Source: an uncultured Gemmatimonadales bacterium
GTDB taxonomy: Bacteria; Gemmatimonadota; Gemmatimonadetes; Longimicrobiales; RSA9
Direction of reading: 5' to 3'
Assembly (NCBI GenBank): GCA_963798085.1
Contig: CAWCRS010000007.1
Span: 832,001 to 896,000 of the forward strand
DNA length: 64,000 nt
Shown one piece after another: positions 43,058 through 51,669 of the stretch. The translations under genes were made by a program, and so were the position numbers. The notes beneath the pieces were generated by a model. The model did no database searches. It saw only the letters and a program-made list of their open reading frames with translations, and was not told the origin of the DNA. How positions within the stretch are numbered: position 1 is the first letter of the stretch; each line of letters starts with the position of its first letter.

Positions 43058-44320
43058 ATGCCTCTGCAACTGGCTGACGAAGACAGGGCTCTGCTTGCCG
43101 GCGAGCGGGGCGCCGCCGCGCAGCTCGCCATGCAGCTGCTGCTGCGCCTGGGCGAGCTGAGCGACGCACCGCATTTCATTGACATCGCCGGTGCCCACAT
43201 CGACAGCTGCCTGTATCACGGCGAAGCCGGCCTCGACTTCGCCGAGCTGCTGCTGCGCGCAGGCGGGCGCGTGGCCGTGCCCGCGACGCTCAATGTCTCC
43301 TCGCTCGACCTGCTGCACCCGCAGCTCTATCGCGGGCCCGCGCAGACCGCGGCGCAGGCCCGTCGCCTCATGGATGCCTACCAGGCCATGGGCTGCACGC
43401 CCACCTGGACCTGCGCGCCCTACCAGCTGCCGCAGCGGCCCGCCTTCGGCCAGCACATCGCGTGGGCCGAGTCCAACGCCATCGTTTTCGCTAATTCGGT
43501 GTTGGGTGCGCGCACCGACCGCTACGGCGACTTCACCGACATCTGTGCCGCCATCACCGGGCGGGTGCCGTACGCCGGACTGCACCGCACGGAACGCCGA
43601 AGGGGAAGCGTCGTCTACGATCTGCACGCACTGCCGGTCCGACTGCTGGAGCACGATGTCTGTTACCCGGTGCTGGGACACATCGTGGGTCACGAGTGCG
43701 GCGGCGAAGTGCCCGTGCTGCACGGCCTGCCACCCGACACGGGCGAGGACCGGCTCAAGGCGCTGGGTGCGGCCAGCGCATCATCGGGCGCGGTCGCCAT
43801 GTTCCACGCGGTGGGCGTCACGCCGGAAGCGCCCACCCTGACCGACGCGCTGCAGCAGCAACCCGCGCTGCGCACGGTGCGCATCACGGGTGCGCAGCTG
43901 CGCGCGGCGCGCGAGCAGTTGAGCACGCGCACGCAGGGTCCGCTCATCGCCGTGAGCCTGGGCACGCCCCATTTCTCGGCGCGCGAGTTCAGGCAGCTCG
44001 CGGCGAGGCTCGCCGGCGTGCGCTTCGCGCCCTCCGTCGATGTCTGGGTCTCGACAGCGCGCGACACGCTCGCCGCACTGGACCCGCAGGTGCGGGCGGC
44101 GTGTGATAACGCCGGTGTTCGCATCGTCACCGATACCTGCACCTACATCACGCCCATCCTGCGGCGCACCGACGGCGTGGTCATGACGAATTCCGCGAAA
44201 TGGGCGTTCTACGCGCCCGGCAACCTGGGCGTGGACGTCGCCTTCGGCAGTCTGGAGGAGTGCCTGCGCTCCGCGCAGCAGGGCAGCATCGAGCGGGACG
44301 ATGACCTCTGGGCCGATTGA
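43058..44320 (+). CDS. Aconitase X large/catalytic subunit (DUF521)
   Basis: AHIDSCLYHG, TCAPY, AWAESNAIVFANSVLGART, LGTPHFS, DTC and TNSAKWAFY. Confidence 0.92.
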   Translation: MPLQLADEDRALLAGERGAAAQLAMQLLLRLGELSDAPHFIDIAGAHIDSCLYHGEAGLDFAELLLRAGGRVAVPATLNVSSLDLLHPQLYRGPAQTAAQARRLMDAYQAMGCTPTWTCAPYQLPQRPAFGQHIAWAESNAIVFANSVLGARTDRYGDFTDICAAITGRVPYAGLHRTERRRGSVVYDLHALPVRLLEHDVCYPVLGHIVGHECGGEVPVLHGLPPDTGEDRLKALGAASASSGAVAMFHAVGVTPEAPTLTDALQQQPALRTVRITGAQLRAAREQLSTRTQGPLIAVSLGTPHFSAREFRQLAARLAGVRFAPSVDVWVSTARDTLAALDPQVRAACDNAGVRIVTDTCTYITPILRRTDGVVMTNSAKWAFYAPGNLGVDVAFGSLEECLRSAQQGSIERDDDLWAD

Positions 44321-44732
44321 CGGCCGCCCGCTCGTCGCCGGTCATGCGACCGGACGCGTCCTGGTTCTCGCGGAACCCCTCTCCTTCTGGGGCGGCCTCG
44401 ATCCCGCGGACGGCCGCATCATCGATCACCGTCACCCGCAGCACGGCGAATCGGTGACGGGTCGCATCCTGGCGCTGCCCGCCGGGCGAGGCTCCAGCTC
44501 CAGCAGCACGGTGCTCGCGGAGGCTCTGCGCCTGGGCACGGCACCCGCCGCGATCCTGTTGGCGCGCGCCGACCCCATCATCGTGATGGGCGTGCTCGTC
44601 GCCGATCAGCTGTACGGCTGTGGTATTCCCGTCATCGAGATCGGTGAGGCCGCCCTTGCGGCCCTGCGTGACGGGCAGTTGCTCTCAATCGGCGATCCTC
44701 GCGCAGTATCACCTCCCGACCATGCGTCTTGA
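44301..44732 (+). CDS. Aconitase X swivel/small subunit (DUF126)
   Basis: PLSFWGGLDP..G.IID.RHPQHG and GRGSSSSS. Confidence 0.92.
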   Translation: MTSGPIDGRPLVAGHATGRVLVLAEPLSFWGGLDPADGRIIDHRHPQHGESVTGRILALPAGRGSSSSSTVLAEALRLGTAPAAILLARADPIIVMGVLVADQLYGCGIPVIEIGEAALAALRDGQLLSIGDPRAVSPPDHAS

Positions 44733-44763
44733 GCAGACGCAAATCCTAACAATCCTGTCATAA

Positions 44764-44792
44764 TTGACGCTCACTTTCATTGTGCGTATGCT
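44764..44792 (+). promoter_or_regulatory. Sigma70-type promoter
   Basis: TTGACG-17 bp-TATGCT in an AT-rich patch about 300 bp upstream of the 45096 ORF. Confidence 0.6.
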
Positions 44793-45095
44793 AGGCGAAC
44801 GCTGACCACGCGCCGGCACCCCCGACGGCGCTTCTGACACGACGTGGCATCCATGGCCACTGCCACCCACTCGAGACAACGAACCGGACCTGAAGGGCCC
44901 AATTCAGGCAAAACCCTGGCGCCCGGAAACGTCGGACAGGCATCCGTGCCTGCGCCATGTCGACGCACGACTCGCAGAGTCCGTTCATCGGCAGAGTCAG
45001 CCGCGCGCATGATTCAATGAGGGTGCGTGCCTTCCCGACCGTCGGTGATTCGTGCAGCGGTTTGCGGCGATCCTGCGGAGAAATCGAGCTCAGCG

Positions 45096-47084
45096 ATGCA
45101 AGGCGTCACCCATGCGTCCAGCGCGCATAGAAGGCAGTTGGCGCGGACACCGAACCCGACACAAGCCGAAGCAGGCAAATCGCGCAGTGGCGCGTCCCGC
45201 AGCCACCGCGTTGTGGCGCTCTTGCCGGTCTTGCTGCTCGCCGTTGCCGTGGGTGCGCTCGCATTTGCCGGATCGTATCTGAGCGATCCCCGCTTCCACG
45301 CGTGGCGCGCGCTCGATGTCTGGTTCGAGAGCGATGCGCCACGCGTCATTGCATCACTCGTGTCACGCACCAGCGAAGCGAGCGTCAACCGCGCCGACGT
45401 GCATCCGCTGTTCCTGCTCATCGGGTACGGACCGGTGCAGTTCATGCGTATCGTGCTGCACCTGGACACGCGCACTGCCATCAGCGGAGTGCTGGCCGCG
45501 ATTGCCGGTGGCTGGACGCTGCTTCTCTTCGCGGTTCTGCGAACGCTCGGACTCACGCTGCTGGATGCACTGCTGTTCACGCTCGTGGGCCTCACCAGCG
45601 CCACCGCCATGTTCTGGCTCATGGTGCCGGAGACGTACGCCTTCGGCTCTGTCACGATTCTCTTTGCCCTGCTCCTCGCCGCCGCCGGTAACCGTCGTCT
45701 CGCGGGCGGGGCATGGGACGAATCCGCCCTCGTGCTGACGCTGGGCATTACCGTCACGAACTGGGTGTATGGGATCCTGGCGAGCATCGCGCGCCGGCCC
45801 TGGCGCGAGGCGCTGCAGCATTGCGTGAACGGTTTTGTCATCGTGGTGCTCGCGTGGACGGTGCAGCATCACTTCTTCCCGGACACACGTTTCTTCCTCG
45901 ATCCGCGCCCGCCTACCAACTACCTGACGTCACCGGAATCGGGCGGGCCCGTGCGCGTGGCAGCTTCGTTTTTCGCGCATTCACTGGTGGCGCCCGCCAT
46001 CGAGGTCACGAGCCGACCGGGCCAGCGCGACTGGCCCATCATGCGCACGCAGTTCTCGACGCCTGGTTCCGGGACGCGGCTTGGACCGCCGGCGCTGGTT
46101 CTCTGGGCGTGCCTGCTGGGGATGGGCTTGTGGATGGCGATCTCGCGCAGGAACCTGCGACGCATGGGCGCTGTGATCGCGGTTGCGATCCTCGCGCAGC
46201 TCGCGCTGCACATCGCCTTCGGCCACGAGACGTTCCTCTACGCGCTCGACTACTTTCCACCGCTGCTGGTGCTGGCCGCGTTCGCCACGCAGTCGCCGCA
46301 CCGCTGGCTCGTGCGCGGCCTGGCCTGCGCGCTGGTGCTCACCGCCGGCGCCAACAACGCGGTGCAACTGCGCCGCGCGCTCGGTTTCTTCCAGCATGCC
46401 GGCCCGTGGGAGCACGATATTGTCAGCGAGCGAGCGCGCCGGCCCGGCGACCTCTGGCAGCGACCCGGCGAGGTGCAGTTGCTGTCCAATCCGGACGGCG
46501 GCATGCAGAGCCAGCCCGTGCACGTGCCGGGCGGGACCTTCCATCCCGCACTGTTCCGCTTCGCGGCCTCGTTCTGGGTGCTCGACGCCCGCGACAACCT
46601 GCTGGCCACCAGTGACAACATCCCGTCTGACCGGGTGCGCGAGGACAGCATCACGACGCCCACCGGCTCCACCATCGGCATGCGCACCTCAACACCGTAT
46701 TACAGTGCGGAATGGCGCGTGGCTCCGCGCGCCCGGCGACTGCTGGAACTCGACGTCACTGACGCGGCCCACCCCGTGCTGCTGGTGCTGCGCGGCTTCG
46801 GTGCCTGGGGCGGCCCGCTGCGCAGCGCCGCGTGGAACGGCCAGCGGCTGCTCCTCAACGACCGCTGGACGCTGGCCTGTTCACCGCTGCCCAGCCGCGT
46901 CAGCCTGGGCGAGGAAGGCGTGCCCGGCTGGACCCGCCAGCGCCTGGGCGTCTCCTCGGTCCTGAGCACACACGGCTGGGCATATGCCCGCCTTCGCTTC
47001 GCTGCCGGAACGCCGTATAACTGCCAGTTAGAAGATCTCCGGCCGGGCCAGGGCGTGGACCAGCCTCTCTTCCAGCTGCACTGA
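45096..47084 (+). CDS. Polytopic membrane protein with a C-terminal soluble domain (GT-C-like), paralog A; start uncertain
   Basis: About 10-11 hydrophobic segments, an acidic loop DVWFESDAPRV...VHPLF after TM1, and a ~200-aa hydrophilic C-terminus. Confidence 0.7.
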   Translation: MQGVTHASSAHRRQLARTPNPTQAEAGKSRSGASRSHRVVALLPVLLLAVAVGALAFAGSYLSDPRFHAWRALDVWFESDAPRVIASLVSRTSEASVNRADVHPLFLLIGYGPVQFMRIVLHLDTRTAISGVLAAIAGGWTLLLFAVLRTLGLTLLDALLFTLVGLTSATAMFWLMVPETYAFGSVTILFALLLAAAGNRRLAGGAWDESALVLTLGITVTNWVYGILASIARRPWREALQHCVNGFVIVVLAWTVQHHFFPDTRFFLDPRPPTNYLTSPESGGPVRVAASFFAHSLVAPAIEVTSRPGQRDWPIMRTQFSTPGSGTRLGPPALVLWACLLGMGLWMAISRRNLRRMGAVIAVAILAQLALHIAFGHETFLYALDYFPPLLVLAAFATQSPHRWLVRGLACALVLTAGANNAVQLRRALGFFQHAGPWEHDIVSERARRPGDLWQRPGEVQLLSNPDGGMQSQPVHVPGGTFHPALFRFAASFWVLDARDNLLATSDNIPSDRVREDSITTPTGSTIGMRTSTPYYSAEWRVAPRARRLLELDVTDAAHPVLLVLRGFGAWGGPLRSAAWNGQRLLLNDRWTLACSPLPSRVSLGEEGVPGWTRQRLGVSSVLSTHGWAYARLRFAAGTPYNCQLEDLRPGQGVDQPLFQLH

Positions 47085-47109
47085 TGCTGTTCGCGCACCC
47101 CGTCGCATC

Positions 47110-49284
47110 GTGACTCCCGCCCGGCGGCCCGCCGCCGCGGACAGGCGCAACCTGCGGCCGCCTCTTGCGGTCGCGCTCGGGCTCGCAGGCTTGTGGCTGG
47201 GGTTTGTGTGGCTGCTGGCGCCGCACCTCATCCGCATGGCATGGGCCGGCCGCGGTCCCGCGTTTCTCGCGAGCCTGCTCCAGGGTCGCGCAACACACCC
47301 GGTATCCGGCTATCTCCACGCGTGGTCGCGTTTCGCCCGCGTTTCGACGGTCGGGCTCGTTGCCGCGGGGCTGGCCGCGGCCGTGGTACTGCGCTTCGGT
47401 GATCGCATCGAACGCGTATGGCGGCCGTACCTGCGCCCCGAGCATTCCATTCCACCGGTCACCAGCCTGCTGCTCAGCGCCTGGATCGGACTGATCGCCG
47501 GTTTCGCCGAATTCCTGAGCGGAGCCATCAAGTACCGTATCGACGGCGTCTTTTCCGAATGGTCGAATCCCGATTCGCTCTGGATGGCGCCGCTGGGTCT
47601 GGCGCTGCTCTTTGCGCTGACGGACGCACTGCTCCTCACGGTCACGGCATCCTGGCGGCGCACGATCTCGTTCCGCCTCGTGCTCGCGATCCCCGTGGCG
47701 CTCGGCCTCCTGAGCGTCACGCGCAGTCTGCGCCTGGGCGTGCACCCGCTCGCTCTCGGGGTCCTGGTATGCGGTGCGGCTGTCGCCGCCTCGGCGGCGG
47801 CGAAACATCGGTCCGGAACAACGATCCGTCTGATGCGCTCAACCGCATTCCCGCTCGCTCTCGCCATACCCGTGCTCGCCATTTCCAGCTCGGCCGTCCG
47901 AATACTGGCGGAGCGGCGCAGCCTCGCGGCATTACCACCGCCGCCCACGGGCGCGCCCAACATCCTGCTCGTCATCCTCGACACAGTGCGCGAGCAGGAA
48001 CTGAGCCTCTACGGCTACACCCGCCCCACCACACCGGAGCTCGAGAACCTGGCCCGCAATGCCATCGTGTTCGACAACGCGTTTGCCACTGCCCCCTGGA
48101 CACTGACGTCACACGCCAGTCTGCTGACTGGTCGTTATCCGGTCGAGCTGTCGACCGGCTGGCGCAATCCGCTCGATCAAAAAGCGCCGACGCTCGCCGC
48201 TGTGCTCGCGGCCAGAGGCTACAACACCGCCGGCTTCGTGGCGAATCTCAACTACTGTACCCGTCGCTCCGGCCTGCAACGTGGCTTCGCGCACTACGAG
48301 GACTACGACCGCTCCGCGGCCAATGTCCTCGCCAGCAGCTGGCTCACCGCGCGCCTCGCGCTCTGGATCGGTCGCCGGCTGGGACGGCCGCCCCGTCTGG
48401 TGCGAGTCCATGCGCCCGATATTAACAGAGAGTTTGAAGGCTGGCTGGACCGCGCGGGTGACCGGCCGTTCTTCGCTTTCCTCAACTACTACGACACGCA
48501 CGATCCCTACGAGTGGCACGATTCCGCATTCGCCGGCCTGGGCTACGGGCGAGAACCCGACAGCGTACGCAACGCGCAGGGCAGGCGAGTGTCGCGCTCA
48601 CCCGGATCGCGCCACGCCCTCGATGCCTATGACAGCAGTCTCCGCTTCCTCGATCACCAGCTGGGCGCCCTGTTCGACGAACTGCGCCGTCGCGATCTCC
48701 TGCAGAACACGCTGCTCATCGTCACCGCGGACCACGGCGAGCAGTTCGCCGAGCACGGACTGACACACCACGGTAACAGCCTGTTCTCCCAGCTGCTGCA
48801 CGTGCCGCTCATCATCCGCCCGCCCGCCGGCGGAGGCAAGCGTGTCGACGAACCCGTGGGACTCATCGATGTACCGGCCACCATCCTGGCCGCAGCCGGC
48901 GTGGCGCGCCCGCCACTGCAACGCGGTGTTGCACTCGACCGCTTCTGGAGCGGGTCGACCGCGGCACCGTCGCCCGGCGGCGCCATCGTGTCCGAGCTCG
49001 AACCCAATGTCCGGGATCGCGGACTCGCTGGCCCGGCCAGACTCGGCCCCATGCGATCCCTCGTCCTCGACCACTGGCACTACATCCGCAACGGCGACCG
49101 TTCCGAGGCCCTCTTCGACATCCTGCTCGACCCGCTCGAAGACCGCGACCTCACCCGCTCGCCCGATGGCCAGGCCGTGCTGCCCGGCCTCAGAACGGCG
49201 CTTGATTCGGTGCTCGACGCCCTGCCGAGCCCCGCCGCAGCCGAGCGCACCCGGCCGGCCACCCACCGGGCCGCACTCCGCTAA
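47110..49284 (+). CDS. Membrane-anchored sulfatase-fold hydrolase/transferase, paralog A
   Basis: N-terminal TMs, then PNILLVILDTVR, APWTLTSHASLLTG, PFFAFLNYYDTHDPY, TADHGE and HGNSL...VPLII. Confidence 0.88.
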   Translation: MTPARRPAAADRRNLRPPLAVALGLAGLWLGFVWLLAPHLIRMAWAGRGPAFLASLLQGRATHPVSGYLHAWSRFARVSTVGLVAAGLAAAVVLRFGDRIERVWRPYLRPEHSIPPVTSLLLSAWIGLIAGFAEFLSGAIKYRIDGVFSEWSNPDSLWMAPLGLALLFALTDALLLTVTASWRRTISFRLVLAIPVALGLLSVTRSLRLGVHPLALGVLVCGAAVAASAAAKHRSGTTIRLMRSTAFPLALAIPVLAISSSAVRILAERRSLAALPPPPTGAPNILLVILDTVREQELSLYGYTRPTTPELENLARNAIVFDNAFATAPWTLTSHASLLTGRYPVELSTGWRNPLDQKAPTLAAVLAARGYNTAGFVANLNYCTRRSGLQRGFAHYEDYDRSAANVLASSWLTARLALWIGRRLGRPPRLVRVHAPDINREFEGWLDRAGDRPFFAFLNYYDTHDPYEWHDSAFAGLGYGREPDSVRNAQGRRVSRSPGSRHALDAYDSSLRFLDHQLGALFDELRRRDLLQNTLLIVTADHGEQFAEHGLTHHGNSLFSQLLHVPLIIRPPAGGGKRVDEPVGLIDVPATILAAAGVARPPLQRGVALDRFWSGSTAAPSPGGAIVSELEPNVRDRGLAGPARLGPMRSLVLDHWHYIRNGDRSEALFDILLDPLEDRDLTRSPDGQAVLPGLRTALDSVLDALPSPAAAERTRPATHRAALR

Positions 49285-49347
49285 CGCAATACATCGGCAG
49301 GTCCGGCGGCGTGCCGACAGGCCTGCTGTCATTCTGTCGTCATGAAG

Positions 49348-49362
49348 TGAGAACGGTTCTCA
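49348..49362. promoter_or_regulatory. Perfect 7-1-7 palindrome, candidate operator
   Basis: TGAGAAC-G-GTTCTCA in the intergenic region upstream of paralog B. Confidence 0.45.
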
Positions 49363-49638
49363 TGTGTGGCAAACCGGCCGCCCGTTGCCTGACCTGACCA
49401 ATGCACTCTACACTTCAAGGTGTCCCGCGCATGGAAGCGCCCTCCCCGCTGCGCTTGAACGTATGCCGCACGGGCACTGAAAAAGCACGACGCCGACATC
49501 ACGCACGAATCGGGAGAACTCGGGCTTGCAGTACGAGACGCCGAGCCTGTCAGGGTACGGTTGCAGCTGGCGCGATGGACTGACCGCGAAGTTGGTGGCT
49601 GGTTGCGCACGCACATGTCCCGCGGTTGCGTGGTGCGC

Positions 49639-51651
49639 ATGAGTACAGGCGAGCGCACACGCCCGCAACGCACCGACATCGCGATTTCGTTCACGCTTTT
49701 CGCACTGGGTGCGATCGTGGTGTTTGCGGCCACGTCGCGCATGGATCCGAGGCTGCTCTCACCGGGCGCGATGGATCTGTGGTTCGAGGCCGACGCGCCG
49801 CGTGTGTTCGAGAACCTGGTCGATCGCTGGTCGAATTTCTCGCGTGCCAAGGTTCACCCGCTGTTCGGCCTGCTGGCCTTCCCGCCCGTGCTGATTCTGC
49901 GCAAGCTGTTGGGTTTCCAGGCGCAAACCGCTGTGCATCTGCTGCTGGGTCTGACGGCAGGCACCTGGCTCGCACTCTTCTTCGTAATCTTCCGCCTCAT
50001 TGGCTGTCCGCGCCTCGACGCGCTGATCTTCACGCTGCTCGCGGCCACCAGTTCCTGCGCCATGTTCTGGTTCGTGATTCCCGAAACACATCCCCTTGCC
50101 TCGCTCACCATTCTGTTCGCCATCGGGCTGGTCGCGCTCTCCATGCATCGGCGCATTCCTGCTCTGCTCAATGCGGCGGTCAGCGCGGCGACGCTGGGCA
50201 TCACGGTCACCAACTGGATGATCGGCGCGGCCAGCACACTGGTGCGCCGTCCCTGGCGGGAGACGTTGCAGGTCACGATCAATGCCTTCGCCGTCGTTTG
50301 CGTGCTGTGGGCGATCGCCCGGCATTTCATGCCTTCTACGCTTTTCTTCCTGGGTAATCCACCCGAGACCGGGCACATTCTCGCTCCCGAGGCAAGAGGG
50401 CCGGCGCGAGTGGCGATCTCGTTCTTCCTGCACAGCATGGTGATGCCTGCCATCGCAGTGGTGGACCGCCCGGGATCCGGCGACTGGCCCATCATGCTGG
50501 TGCAACCGTCCTCGCCGGGATCAGCGGGTGTGTGGGATATTGCTTCGCTCGTGTTGTGGCTGCTGCTCATAGGCGCGGGTTTGTACGCGCTCTTCCGGGT
50601 GCGCAGCCACAATCGTCTGCGTCTCTTCCTCGCGCTCACGCTGGCCGGGCAGCTCGCGTTGCACCTGCTCTTCGGCAATGAGACGTTCCTCTACGCGCCC
50701 AATTTCCTTCCGTTGCTGATTACCATGACAGCAGTGGCGACGTTGACGCCGCTGCGTCCTGCCGTTCTGGCCACCGCGTCGCTGCTTGTCGTGACCAACG
50801 TGTTCAACAACGGCGCGCAGTGGCGGCGCGCGGATGGTTTCATGCGCGCGTTCCAGCCGTTCCAACACGATGAGGTCGTCGCGAGGAAGGCGAGGCCGGA
50901 GGGGCCGTGGCCGGACGCGCGCCAGACGCAGCGCATGGCGCTTCCCGGCACGCGCAGCTTTGAAACCGGCGCATGGTTTCCGGGCGGCTCGTTCAGTCCG
51001 GGGCTGAGCCAGTTCAGTGTTGCGCTGTGGGGACTCGACGACGCGGGGCGACGCACCTTTTCGAGCGATGTGCCGCGACCGGAAGTGACGACGCAGGTAA
51101 CGCGCGGGGCGGATGAAACTGCGACCGCGATCGACGTGCAGGCGCCAGAATACCGCGCGCAGTGGAAGCCCGCAGGACGCCGCCGCTGGCGGCTCGATCT
51201 GCAGCTGCCACGAGCGGAGCGCATTGCGCTCATGGTGCGCAGCGTCGGCCCGCAGACCGGTCCGGTTCGCCGCCTCGAATGGGATGGCGGCCGGCTGCAC
51301 ATCAACGAGCGCTGGATTATCCGGGCGGACAGCGGCGTCGCCGCCGTCGCGCTGCTGGATGAGGACGCGCCTGACTGGGCAGTGGCAAGATCGGCGGCGC
51401 GCCGTCTGTTCGTCATCGGTGGCTGGGGCGCGGCCCGCCTCGAGCTGAGCGCGCCCGGCAGCTACACCTTCTTCGTGAGCGACGAAGATCCCGAGGGTCC
51501 CGTCGATCGCCTGCTCACAATGCTGCCCGGTGACGCCGTGAACGGTAATAACAATGCGGCGGCTGCCGCGGAGTCGTGGCTGGGCGCTGACTCGGCAACC
51601 GTACCGCCAGGCGGTCGCGACACGCTGCCGCGGCGTAGTCCGCACCGTTGA
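49639..51651 (+). CDS. Polytopic membrane protein with a C-terminal soluble domain (GT-C-like), paralog B; start uncertain
   Basis: Shares DLWFEADAPRV, VHPLF, AMFW..PET, TLGITVTNW, DWPIM, ETFLYA and PGGSFSP with 45096..47084. Confidence 0.7.
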   Translation: MSTGERTRPQRTDIAISFTLFALGAIVVFAATSRMDPRLLSPGAMDLWFEADAPRVFENLVDRWSNFSRAKVHPLFGLLAFPPVLILRKLLGFQAQTAVHLLLGLTAGTWLALFFVIFRLIGCPRLDALIFTLLAATSSCAMFWFVIPETHPLASLTILFAIGLVALSMHRRIPALLNAAVSAATLGITVTNWMIGAASTLVRRPWRETLQVTINAFAVVCVLWAIARHFMPSTLFFLGNPPETGHILAPEARGPARVAISFFLHSMVMPAIAVVDRPGSGDWPIMLVQPSSPGSAGVWDIASLVLWLLLIGAGLYALFRVRSHNRLRLFLALTLAGQLALHLLFGNETFLYAPNFLPLLITMTAVATLTPLRPAVLATASLLVVTNVFNNGAQWRRADGFMRAFQPFQHDEVVARKARPEGPWPDARQTQRMALPGTRSFETGAWFPGGSFSPGLSQFSVALWGLDDAGRRTFSSDVPRPEVTTQVTRGADETATAIDVQAPEYRAQWKPAGRRRWRLDLQLPRAERIALMVRSVGPQTGPVRRLEWDGGRLHINERWIIRADSGVAAVALLDEDAPDWAVARSAARRLFVIGGWGAARLELSAPGSYTFFVSDEDPEGPVDRLLTMLPGDAVNGNNNAAAAAESWLGADSATVPPGGRDTLPRRSPHR

Positions 51652-51669
51652 AGGGCGCGTCCGAGAATC

